Part shown: positions 18,431 to 27,700 of the stretch, one piece after another
Layout of the letters: each line of letters begins with the position of its first letter
Position numbering within the stretch: the stretch's first letter is position 1
Assembly: GCF_000012805.1 (NCBI RefSeq)
Contig: NC_007484.1
Coordinates: 660,001-692,000 of the forward strand
Source of the DNA: Nitrosococcus oceani ATCC 19707
Lineage (GTDB): Bacteria > Pseudomonadota > Gammaproteobacteria > Nitrosococcales > Nitrosococcaceae
Length of the DNA stretch: 32,000 nucleotides
Direction of reading: 5' to 3'
The notes under the pieces: generated by a model
What the model saw: the letters and a program-made list of their open reading frames with translations, nothing else
Told to the model about the DNA's origin: nothing
The model's database searches: none
Made by a program: the position numbers and the translations under genes

Positions 18431-20568
18431 GCACGCATCCGATGGAGGCGTTGTTGCGGCCTCCCGTCGAGTTGTGGTCCACGGCCACCGCGTTCGCGGC
18501 GGGTACACTGGCCTGGTTGGCGCCCTGGGCCTTGATGATGCCACCGGGTATCGCGATGGCCACCAGTCTGACCTTTTTCGGTTTTGGCATGTGGCGTGGC
18601 CGTCAGGCCTGGCGGGTACTGCGTTACCAGCACCACATGAAGCGACTGCCGAAGTATCAAGTGCGGGCCAATCAGATCCCCGTCAGTCGCCATAAGCTGT
18701 TTTTGGGCAAAGGCTTTCGCTGGACCCAGCAACACACTCAGCGTCTTCGCGATACCCTGAAGCCCGAGGTGCAGAGTTACGTTCAGCCGGGCACGCTCTA
18801 CCAGTGGGCGCGACAAAAGGAGGTAGCCTGGGAATCGATTCCAATCCTGTCTTTACTGGCCAAAGCCCTGCGCAGTCGATCCCGTTGGAACCCGCTGGCA
18901 CCATTACCTGCCGTCGGCGGCAAACCCGCACTGCACGCGGTTGATCCTCATGAACAGCCCGTGTGGATGGATCTGGGCGAAAGGGTTGGACACACGCTGG
19001 TGTTGGGTACCACGCGCGTCGGTAAGACACGCCTGGCGGAACTGCTGATTACCCAGGACATCCGCCGCGGTGATGTCGTCATTGTCTTCGATCCGAAAGG
19101 GGATGCCGATCTGTTGCGTCGCATCTACGCCGAGGCAAAGCGGGCCGGTCGTCTGGACGATTTTTATCTGTTTCATCTCGGCTTCCCCGAATTGTCCGCA
19201 CGCTACAACGCCATCGGTAATTTCTCCCGCATCACCGAGGTTGCGACCCGTATCGCCAATCAGTTGCCCAATGAGGGCAACTCCGCTGCCTTCAAAGAGT
19301 TCGCCTGGCGTTTCGTCAACATCATTGCGCGATCGCTGGTGGCCTTGAAGCGCCGACCGGACTACCAACAGATCCGCCGTTACATCAACGATATAGAGCC
19401 CTTGTTTGTGGAGTATGCCGGCCATTGTGCCCGCGTTGCCGGCATCGATGCCTGGGCGTCCCTGGTTGAAGAACGCGCAGGGGATATCAAAGAGCGCAAC
19501 CTGTCCAATGCACTGCGTGGCCGATCGATGGAAGCCATCGCCTGTATGCGGTTGTTGCAGGAGAGGGCCATTTATGACCCCGTCCTGGATGGCCTTATTT
19601 CCGCATTCAAATACGACAAGACCTATTTCGACAAGATTGTGAGTTCCGTTGGCCCGCTGATGGAAAAACTGACCACCGGCACCATCGCCGCGCTGATATC
19701 GCCGGATTACCAGGATGAACACGATGCCAGGCCGATCTTTGAATGGATGGATGTGGTGCGCCGCAAGGGCATCGTTTATGTGGGACTGGATGCTCTCACC
19801 GATACGACGGTGGCCAGCGCGGTCGGGAATTCCATGTTTGCAGATTTGGTGTCTGTGGCGGGGCATATCTACAAGCACGGCATCGCGGCTAATGGCGCTG
19901 ATGCGTCAGAATCAGAACGCCAGCGGCATTCGATTCCCACCATCTCCCTGCATGCGGATGAGTTCAACGAGTTGATCGGTGATGAATTCGTGCCGCTGTT
20001 GAACAAGGCGGGCGGGGCAGGCTTTCAGGTCACGGCCTACACCCAGACCTGGTCGGACGTGGAAGCGCGTATCGGCAGTCGGGCCAAAGCGGGGCAGGTA
20101 GCCGGTAACTTCAACACAATGCTGATGCTACGAGTGAAGGAGCTGGATACCGCTGCGATGCTGACCGAGCAGTTGCCGCGGGTTGAAGTCTTCACCCTGA
20201 TGAGTGTCTCCGGCGTCGATGATTCATCGGATCCCGGTTCCGGGGTCGACTTCAAATCCCGCAACGAAGACCGGATCAGTGTTTCGGAAGTGCCGATGCT
20301 GACCGCTGCCGATATGGTCACGCTGCCCAAGGGGCAGGCCTTCGCGCTGTTGGAAGGTGGCCAGCTCTGGAAAATCCGTATCCCGCTGCCGGATAACCGT
20401 GAGGATGCGGCCATGCCGAACGATTTTGAGGAGATGGCCGATGCCATGCGTCGCAGCTACATCACCAACGATCACTGGTATCGGGTCACTGACCATTGGT
20501 GGCACGCCGTCTCCGAGGCGACGGTCGAGTCTGCAGATTCTTCTCCAAATTCTGAGGGGCAAAACTAA
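18427..20568 (+). CDS. traD: Type IV coupling protein TraD (conjugative coupling ATPase)
   Basis: Two N-terminal TM helices, Walker A GTTRVGKT, a Walker B-like motif (SLHADEFNE), and 713 aa in length. Confidence 0.9.
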   Translation: MSTHPMEALLRPPVELWSTATAFAAGTLAWLAPWALMMPPGIAMATSLTFFGFGMWRGRQAWRVLRYQHHMKRLPKYQVRANQIPVSRHKLFLGKGFRWTQQHTQRLRDTLKPEVQSYVQPGTLYQWARQKEVAWESIPILSLLAKALRSRSRWNPLAPLPAVGGKPALHAVDPHEQPVWMDLGERVGHTLVLGTTRVGKTRLAELLITQDIRRGDVVIVFDPKGDADLLRRIYAEAKRAGRLDDFYLFHLGFPELSARYNAIGNFSRITEVATRIANQLPNEGNSAAFKEFAWRFVNIIARSLVALKRRPDYQQIRRYINDIEPLFVEYAGHCARVAGIDAWASLVEERAGDIKERNLSNALRGRSMEAIACMRLLQERAIYDPVLDGLISAFKYDKTYFDKIVSSVGPLMEKLTTGTIAALISPDYQDEHDARPIFEWMDVVRRKGIVYVGLDALTDTTVASAVGNSMFADLVSVAGHIYKHGIAANGADASESERQRHSIPTISLHADEFNELIGDEFVPLLNKAGGAGFQVTAYTQTWSDVEARIGSRAKAGQVAGNFNTMLMLRVKELDTAAMLTEQLPRVEVFTLMSVSGVDDSSDPGSGVDFKSRNEDRISVSEVPMLTAADMVTLPKGQAFALLEGGQLWKIRIPLPDNREDAAMPNDFEEMADAMRRSYITNDHWYRVTDHWWHAVSEATVESADSSPNSEGQN

Positions 20569-20570
20569 TT

Positions 20571-21302
20571 ATGGCGGAACCGACGGATCCCCGCCGACCC
20601 GTCACGCGCCCCGGCACATTCTCCCGGGTTTTGACAGGGCTAGCCCAGTGTCTTAAGTGGCTGTTTCTCTCACTGATATTTTCCGTTCTGATTGAATGGA
20701 TCGGCATGGTGTTCTGGTGGGAGGAGCAGGGGCTGGATCACAGCCGACAGATGCTGGTGAACGAGTTGCAGTTCCTCGGCGCAGACTTTCACCGCAGCTG
20801 GTTAACGGCTCATCCCATGCAATTCGCCAGTGATTTGTCCGACCGGTTTTACCATATCGCCTTTGAGTGGACCGGTATTGTCGATCTTATCCAGTGGATT
20901 ACGCCGGCCCCGGGCCTTGAAGAGTCCGGCGTGCGCCCGGTGCTGCACCGGTTTTACCGGCCAGTTGCTGACTATGTCCTGGCCGGTATGCAAATCACGC
21001 AGGTTTTTGCGGTACGTCTCGCCATCCTGACGCTGGCGACGCCGGTATTTGGACTGTTCACCCTGGTGGCACTGGTTGATGGTCTGGTGCGGCGGGACCT
21101 GCGGCGTTGGGGCGGCGGCAGGGAAAGCTCTTTCGTCTATCACTATGCCAAGAAAGCCGCCATACCGCTGATCATCATGGCCTGGGTGCTGTACCTGGCG
21201 CTACCGTTCAGTTTGCACCCGTCCTGGATCATCTTGCCGTTCGCTCTGGCCTTTGCCTTTGCTGTGACCATCACGGCCAGTACCTTCAAAAAGTATCTCT
21301 GA
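20571..21302 (+). CDS. Integral membrane ICE protein (PFL_4697-like)
   Basis: A multi-TM protein that starts 3 nt after the traD stop. It occupies the backbone position after traD. Confidence 0.6.
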   Translation: MAEPTDPRRPVTRPGTFSRVLTGLAQCLKWLFLSLIFSVLIEWIGMVFWWEEQGLDHSRQMLVNELQFLGADFHRSWLTAHPMQFASDLSDRFYHIAFEWTGIVDLIQWITPAPGLEESGVRPVLHRFYRPVADYVLAGMQITQVFAVRLAILTLATPVFGLFTLVALVDGLVRRDLRRWGGGRESSFVYHYAKKAAIPLIIMAWVLYLALPFSLHPSWIILPFALAFAFAVTITASTFKKYL

Positions 21303-21386
21303 TACAGTTGACTGTACCATTACAGTTTGCTAGACTGCATTTAAGCACTGTAAAGATACAGTATAAGTGCTGTTAAGGAGATAATC
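21303..21386. promoter_or_regulatory. Candidate autoregulatory operator/promoter of the Xre-RES operon
   Basis: TACAGT occurs at 21303-21308, 21321-21326 and 21357-21362. ACTGTA occurs at 21311-21316 and 21347-21352, and a degenerate ACTGCA at 21334-21339. The RBS AAGGAG is at 21375-21380. Confidence 0.45.
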
Positions 21387-21788
21387 ATGATCGCTCAAGC
21401 CGAACAACTGCTGCAACGTGGTTCCAGTGTCACCAGTTCACTGCTCCCGGCGATTTTCGCTATTTTCAGCCAGTGGCGCCTGACCGGTGCCCAGCAGATG
21501 ACCCTGTTGGGGCTCAGCAACGAGAAGACTCTCTATAACTGGAAGAGCCAGCCGGAAAAGGCCAAGTTAACCAGGGACCTACTGGAACGGGCCAGCTATA
21601 TCCTGGGGATCTACAAATCCCTGCAGATCCTGTTGCCCGATCAGGCGCTTGCCGATCAGTGGCTGGCTACCCCCAACGACAACCCGTTATTCAATGGCAC
21701 GGCCCCGCTGGAGCGGTTGCTGGCCGGACAGGTGGTCGATCTGGCCGTGGTCAGGAATTTCCTTGATGCGGAGCGGGGTGGCTGGTGA
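21387..21788 (+). CDS. Xre/MbcA/ParS-type antitoxin (DUF2384 C-terminal toxin-binding domain)
   Basis: A 133-aa protein directly upstream of a RES-domain gene and overlapping it (GTGA). The conserved C-terminal W...P...L.G..P...L pattern is present (WLATPNDNPLFNGTAPLERL). Confidence 0.8.
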   Translation: MIAQAEQLLQRGSSVTSSLLPAIFAIFSQWRLTGAQQMTLLGLSNEKTLYNWKSQPEKAKLTRDLLERASYILGIYKSLQILLPDQALADQWLATPNDNPLFNGTAPLERLLAGQVVDLAVVRNFLDAERGGW

Positions 21789-22477
21789 TCGATATCGATA
21801 CGCTACCGGGTAGCGAGACAAATGAACCGGTTTATCGGGTCATTCTGTCACGCTATCCGCAGATCCACCTGTTTGAGCGAGTCTCCAATCCACAGGATTG
21901 GGACGTGCTCTATGCCGTGGAGTCTCTAACCAACCCCAGGTTACGGGATGAGGTGGGTGATATTCGCCTGGTGCCACCGGAAGACCGGGTGTATGGCGAT
22001 GGCGCGTCCTGGATCATGGCGGCTTTCACTCACCCGCCGGTGGATGGACGTGGTGGCCGCTTCAATCGGGATTTCGGCATCTACTATTGCGCCGCGGATG
22101 AGGCGGTCGCCATCGCCGAATCATCCTTTCATCGGGCACGATTCCTACGTGAATCCAGAATCGACAAGACCACCCAGGAGATGCGCGTTATCCGCGCGCA
22201 GCTGGGGCCGACAACCCTCCAGGATGTGCGGCACCTGGTCGGAGATGCCATCTACGATCCCGACGACTACGGCGAGGCACAGACACTTGGCGATACGCTT
22301 CGGGCTGCCAATAGCTTCGGCATTCACTACCAAAGCGTGAGAGCGAAAGGGGAGTGCTACGGGGTGATGCGACCCAAGGCGCTCACCGATGCCATCCACT
22401 GGCGCTATCTGCGTTACCACTATGAACAGGGGACAGTAGTGAATGTTGAATCCCTGGACGGCAGTGGCAAGAGGTGA
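21785..22477 (+). CDS. RES-domain toxin (NAD+-targeting family)
   Basis: The R-E-S triad contexts are GGRFN (Arg), AIAES (Glu) and HYQSVR (Ser). At 230 aa it has the typical size, and it is paired with the DUF2384 antitoxin. Confidence 0.85.
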   Translation: MIDIDTLPGSETNEPVYRVILSRYPQIHLFERVSNPQDWDVLYAVESLTNPRLRDEVGDIRLVPPEDRVYGDGASWIMAAFTHPPVDGRGGRFNRDFGIYYCAADEAVAIAESSFHRARFLRESRIDKTTQEMRVIRAQLGPTTLQDVRHLVGDAIYDPDDYGEAQTLGDTLRAANSFGIHYQSVRAKGECYGVMRPKALTDAIHWRYLRYHYEQGTVVNVESLDGSGKR

Positions 22478-23100
22478 TGGCAATGTATAAAGAGCTGCTG
22501 TGGATCTTCACCCAACTACCGGACGATTACATCGTCCTCGATACCGAAACCACCGGCCTGCCTGACGAAAACGGACTGCCTGATATCGTGACACTTGGCA
22601 TCACCGTGGTGAGCAATCGAGAGATTGCGGAATCCGTCGAGTTCAAGACAAGACCACAAAAACGCATTTCAGAAGAGGCACAGTCGATACACGGCATTAC
22701 CAACAAACAGGCTGCTGCATTTGACTCCTTTGATTCCCAGTGGCAGCAGATTTCCGAATATCTGAAGCATCAACTTATCGTCATTCATAACGCCAGTTTT
22801 GACTGGCCGATCCTGCTTGATCATGTTTTACGACACGGATTGGCAATGCCGGAAATTCAAGGCGTATTTTGTAGTCAGAAAGCGGCTATTCCCTGGGCAC
22901 AGGCAATGGATCTCCCATGTAGCCACAGAGGTCCTTCGTTAGACACATTAACGAAAGCACTTGGGGTCGAAGATCTCCGAGTCAAAGAAGATGGGTTACA
23001 TGGGGCGAAGATTGATAGCCGGCAGTTGGCTCAGGTTGTACAGGTGATAAGTCGAAATGAAAATATGGAATGGGTCTTAATCGTGAATCACAGGGGCTAG
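22477..23100 (+). CDS. DEDDh 3'-5' exonuclease (DnaQ/epsilon-like)
   Basis: Exo I is VLDTETTGL, Exo II is HNASFDWPIL, and Exo III is HGAKIDS (H-x4-D). The start overlaps the RES stop (TGATG), indicating translational coupling. The alternative GTG at 22474 would give a 4-nt overlap. Confidence 0.85.
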   Translation: MAMYKELLWIFTQLPDDYIVLDTETTGLPDENGLPDIVTLGITVVSNREIAESVEFKTRPQKRISEEAQSIHGITNKQAAAFDSFDSQWQQISEYLKHQLIVIHNASFDWPILLDHVLRHGLAMPEIQGVFCSQKAAIPWAQAMDLPCSHRGPSLDTLTKALGVEDLRVKEDGLHGAKIDSRQLAQVVQVISRNENMEWVLIVNHRG

Positions 23101-23239
23101 AGATGTGCATATGCGTCCGGCTACAGATGCGGTCTCTCGATTTTCCAACTTGGGATGACCAAGTTGAAGAGAAAACAGGAATCAACCCAATCATGGTAAA
23201 CAACTGAAGCGGGCAACTACCGAAGGTTTCAAGATAGCG

Positions 23240-23589
23240 ATGACACAATCACCTGAACTCGCAGGCGGCGAAGGTTTCACCTTTGAGGGCGATGCGGCTG
23301 CATTCTATCTCGTCGCGCTACTAGCCGAAGCTTATGCTCCCGGCATCGATGATCGAACCGTTGTTCGAGTTTCTGTTCAGCAACGTGATTTCGGTGAACC
23401 GCTGGATGATGTGATCGTCGACTTTGAAGATGCCTCAAAGAACCCCGCTCGACTTAGCCTCCAGGTAAAGCGTTCGCTCACAATCAGCAGTGCAAAAACG
23501 AACAAAGACTTCCACGAAGTAATCCGCGACAGTTGGGCAACCCTCAACAAGTCAGACTTCCGCTTCAACGTCGACCGCTACGGGGCCGC
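23240..23589 (+). pseudogene. 5' fragment of the IS-split giant gene: PD-(D/E)xK (Cap4/Mrr-like) nuclease-type N-domain
   Basis: The translation MTQSPELAGGEGFTFEGDAAAFYLVALL...EPLDDVIVDFED...LSLQVKRSL shows a D...(D/E)...QxK arrangement (D codons from 23405, QVK at 23462-23470). The track ORF continues to 23620 only because it reads into the IS left end before hitting a stop. Confidence 0.7.
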
Positions 23590-23662
23590 CGTAAGCTTCC
23601 CCCTATCTGACACAGGCTGAAGTTGGAGTTTTCTGGCAGGATATTACTGCGAGGAGACGAAG

Positions 23663-23929
23663 ATGAAACGAAGCCGATTTACCGAAAGCCAGATCGTATC
23701 GATTCTGAAAGAGGCAGATGCCGGAGCAAAGATTAAGGATCTTTGCCGCAAACACGGCATCAGCGATGCGACTTACTACAACTGGAAGGCGAAGTACGGT
23801 GGCATGAGTACATCGGACTTGCGACGGCTGAAGGAGACGGAGGCTGAGTTGTCGCAGTACAAGAAAATGTATGCGGAGCTCGCCCACGAGAATTACGCAC
23901 TGAAGGATCTCATTGAGAAAAAGCTCTGA
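23663..23929 (+). CDS. IS3-family transposase OrfA (HTH)
   Basis: The sequence MKRSRFTESQIVSILKEADAGAKIKDLCRKHGISDATYYNWKAKYGGM... is the classic IS3/IS407-group OrfA. It has a C-terminal leucine-zipper-like region. An A-run AAAAAG at 23918-23923 lies near the end. Confidence 0.9.
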   Translation: MKRSRFTESQIVSILKEADAGAKIKDLCRKHGISDATYYNWKAKYGGMSTSDLRRLKETEAELSQYKKMYAELAHENYALKDLIEKKL

Positions 23930-23964
23930 GGCCACTGGATAAGCGCGAAGCGGCGCAGCACCTG

Positions 23965-24783
23965 GTGGCCAAACACGAGTTGAGCAAGACGAAAGCTTGC
24001 GCGGCCGTACAACTGTCGCGCTCGAGCTGGTATCGGCAGCCGTCGCAACAGGCGGTACGAGATCAGCCTGTCATCGATGCGCTCAACACGATGCTCAAGA
24101 AGTACCCACGCTGGGGCTTTTGGATGTGCTATGACCGAATGCGACTGGACGGCCATGCCTGGAATCACAAGCGAGTTTATCGAGTGTACACAGCGATGAA
24201 GCTGAATCTTCCTCGGCGCAAGAAGCGCCGGCTACCGCAGCGTGTGCAGCAGCCGATGGTGGTTGAGGCCCGAGCCAATGCTGAATGGTCTTTGGACTTT
24301 ATGAGCGATGCGCTGTACCACGGTCGCCGCTTCCGCACGCTGAACGTGCTTGATGAGGGCGTCCGTGAAGCGCTGGATATCGTCATTGATACATCCATCC
24401 CTGGCGCTCGCGTTGTGCGGACCTTGGATCGTCTCATCGAATGGCGCGGCAAGCCGGATGCAATACGGGTGGACAACGGGCCAGAGTACATCTCCCAGGT
24501 GTTCTCGGAATGGTGCGAGAAGCACGGCATCAAACTGAACTACATCCAGCCAGGGAAACCGAACCAGAACGCGTACATCGAACGCTTCAACCGCACGTAT
24601 CGACATGAGGTGCTGAATGCCTACGTGTTCGAATCGTTACGGCAAGTCAGAGAAATCACGCGAGCATGGATCATCGAATACAACGAAGAACGACCGCACG
24701 ACAGCTTGGGAAAAATACCGCCTGCCATGTTCCGACGGCAGGTCGAAAACGCCAGAAACTCTACTTTAGAACTGTGTCATTGA
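23965..24783 (+). CDS. IS3-family transposase OrfB (DDE catalytic domain), probably expressed as an OrfAB fusion by -1 frameshift
   Basis: It is in the -1 frame relative to orfA. The DDE contexts are WSLDFMSD, IRVDNGPEY and NAYIERFNRTYRHE, followed by the conserved YNEERPHDSLG. Confidence 0.9.
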   Translation: MAKHELSKTKACAAVQLSRSSWYRQPSQQAVRDQPVIDALNTMLKKYPRWGFWMCYDRMRLDGHAWNHKRVYRVYTAMKLNLPRRKKRRLPQRVQQPMVVEARANAEWSLDFMSDALYHGRRFRTLNVLDEGVREALDIVIDTSIPGARVVRTLDRLIEWRGKPDAIRVDNGPEYISQVFSEWCEKHGIKLNYIQPGKPNQNAYIERFNRTYRHEVLNAYVFESLRQVREITRAWIIEYNEERPHDSLGKIPPAMFRRQVENARNSTLELCH

Positions 24784-24797
24784 CGGGGAAGCTTACG

Positions 24798-27700
24798 CCG
24801 CAGTTGGTACGGTTACCCCTGCCAAAGAAAGGGCACTAAAGACCCTTTGCGATTGGGCGCGCGAAAGCCTGACGGCTGACCATTTCCACGCTCGATTTGC
24901 CAAGGGCGGCAGCGCCAGTGCAGAAATCAAAACGGTCAAGAACGACGTCGTTACTTTACTGGAAGCGGTGAAGGGGGCGCCGTGCACGAATGAAGAAGAG
25001 CATCAGTTACTTGCACATTTCGTGCTCATACAGTTCGACTTCCTTCGCGAAGGTGCCACTGATCCCCCTGATGCCATTAATCGTGTTCGGGATTGCCTAG
25101 CGCCAGATGACACAGCCAAGGCACCGCTTGTCTGGTCGCGAGTAGTTCAGCTAGCCCGTTCATCAGCTGGAAAAGCTGGTCAGTTTGATCGCATACGACT
25201 TGTTCGCTCGATTTCACCTGTCGCACGCCTACGCGGCGCGACGTCATTACGTCTCAACCTGGACAAGTTGACAGAGCTCGCGAAGAGCTATGCGAACCTA
25301 ATTCCGGACGATATTGGGGGAACAAAGCTCGACCGCATCTCGCTCCTTGAGAGCATTGATGCAAAACTCGCCACAGCTCGTGCCGTCCAGGTGCGCGGCC
25401 TGCCAGGAAGTGGCAAATCAGTCGTGGTGAGGCGAGCGGTACAGCGCGCGTTAGAACACGGGCCGACTCTCTTCCTCAAAGCCGAACAGCTCGAAGGGAC
25501 CAGCTGGATCAGCTATGCGAACTCACAGGGTTTATCGGGTGCTCATCTAGAGCAACTTCTCGTAGAGATCGGTGCTGCCGGTACCCCCGTACTCTTTGTC
25601 GATGCGATCGATCGCATTGACAAAGAACACCAGCCCATCATCGTCGATGTGATTCACACCATTGTGGAATCACCACTGCTTGATAACTGGCGCGTAGTCG
25701 TTTCCCTTCGTGACACCGGCATTGAAATGCTTCGTAATTGGTTGGGTGAATTCCTCGATACCCTTAATGTCGAGACGCTAAGCGTTGGTCAGCTGAGCGA
25801 CGATGAGGCTGAGTCGCTCGCAAAGGCCAAGCCACACCTGAGATCGCTCCTGTTTGGATCCGCTCAGGTGCGAGAAATCGTCCGACGGCCCTTTTTCGCG
25901 AAAGTGCTGAACCAGAGTTACATGGTCGACTCCAGCAGTTCGACATTCGCCCCCCAATCTGAAGTCGGTTTGATTGAGAATTGGTGGCGGAGGGGTGGCT
26001 ACAATGAGACGGGTCAAAACGCGTTAGAACGGCAGCGCGCACTGCTCGACTTGGCAAGTGTGCGTGCCCGCCAGCTTAGTCAGCCGATTGCCCTTAGCCA
26101 GCTAACATCCGTCGCACACATAGATGGTCTAAGATCAGACGGCATACTCCAAAATGCCCGTGAAGGGGTTTCCGTCCGCTTTGCACACGATATCTTCTTC
26201 GAATGGGCCTTCTTCCATGTCCTAGCCGATCGCGGACTCCAATGGGTGGAGGTTATCAAGGCCTGCGGCGAGCCACCGGCAGTAGCCCGCGTCGTCGAGC
26301 TGACTTCGCAATGGGAATATGCGCAGGGAACAAACTGGCCAGCGCACCTTGCCCAAACGGAGAGTTCGGATCTTAGGTCACAATGGCTGCGAGCGTGGCT
26401 GGTCGGTCCTCTTGGGACTGCGAGATTCGATGATGATGAAGACCAATTCGCGACGGCCGTCATTGCCAACGACTTTCGACTTTTCAGGAAGACGCTCGTC
26501 TGGTTTCAGGCTGAGAAGACCACCCCGAATGAGAGTATCCTTACTGGTGGTCTCCCACAGGAACAACGCCAACGGTTCGCTGATCTTCTCGGATGGCCTT
26601 CCGACTTCTCCGCGTGGCGTCGCCTCATCAATTTTATACTACAGCGCATTGCAGATATTCCGCAGCGGCTTTATCCAGAGATCGTCTCCATCTTCGAGGT
26701 CTGGCAGAATGCCTTGGCCGACCTCCGCAACCCGACGTCTCATGCACTTCTGCAACAATGCGCTGTCTGGCTGGCCGCCATCGACGCGATCAGTACTGCC
26801 GATAAGCCTGATGAGAACTCTGCTTATTGGGGGGCGGTTCCCGGCTTGGGTGCTCTCAGAAAATCGCTGGGCCAGCTCCTCTTAAGATCGTCGAGAGCCG
26901 AGCCATCACTTTCAGCCGACTATTTGCGACGGGTCGCCAACTCGGAGCGCATCCGAGACGATGCATTTCATGACATCATCGCCTACTCACCCGTCCTTGC
27001 CCAATCGCTACCTCAGTCTGTGGTCGAGCTTTCGCTAGCGTTCCTGCTTGGGGAGCTTCCGGATGAGCAAGTCGCCCGAGAAAAACAGGAACTTCATGAT
27101 ACGGCCGAGTGGCGCAAAGCAGTTTTAGCAAAGCCGGAAGCCGAACAGACGCGTAAAGAAAAAATGGCACTTTCGGGCGGATTCTATCTGCGAACCGTCG
27201 GCGATTTCAGCTACCACGACTGGGAAAGGCTTTCGATCCACGACGACCACCGAAACTTCTGGCCGCCTTCGCCACTTCGAGAGCCCTTTCACTCGCTTTT
27301 CCAATCATCTCCTGACCATGCACTGCGGCTCCTTCGAGAACTCTGTAATCATGCGATGACCGCATGGCGACAGCTACATCATCACTCACACGACCGTGGG
27401 GGCACCCCTATACCGCTCGAACTTACGTTTCCCTGGGGTACCCAAATTTTCTGGGGCACCGATCGAGAGTATCTTTGGTTTCGGTCGACGTGGGCACCTA
27501 AAGCCATCGGCTGCGCATTCATGGCGCTCGAGGAGTGGTGCTTCACCGAGCTTGAGCAAAGCCGGACTGTTGACGAGCTGATCCAGCAAATCGTCGAGGG
27601 GAACGAGTGCATCGCCATCCTAGGAATGGCGTCTATGCTCGCTCTCCACACCGAGTGGGTGTCTGAAACAACATTGCCGCTCTTCACCTCGCAGCGCCTG

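Larger units (their letters stand above)
23590..24797 (+). mobile_element. IS3-family insertion sequence (about 1.2 kb, orfA/orfB with -1 frameshift), inserted in the giant gene
   Basis: Imperfect terminal inverted repeats of about 50 bp. The left end reads CGTAAGCTTCCCC-CTATC-TGACACAG...TTCTGGC. The reverse complement of the right end reads CGTAAGCTTCCCC-GTCAA-TGACACAG...TTCTGGC. Flanking direct repeat CCGC at 23586-23589 and 24798-24801. A 5-bp CGCCG duplication with ends at 23592/24795 is equally compatible. Confidence 0.85.

Noticed and set aside
18904-19878. 324-aa minus-strand ORF inside traD
   Set aside because: It lies fully within the well-supported TraD CDS, has no motifs, and has shadow-ORF composition.
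26319-26885. Alternative-frame and antisense ORFs inside the giant NTPase gene (e.g. 26319-26885, 27382-27978 minus, 28740-29123 minus, 26080-26469 minus)
   Set aside because: All are nested in one long ORF with consistent coding character. Their translations are Arg/Ser/Pro-rich shadow sequences.
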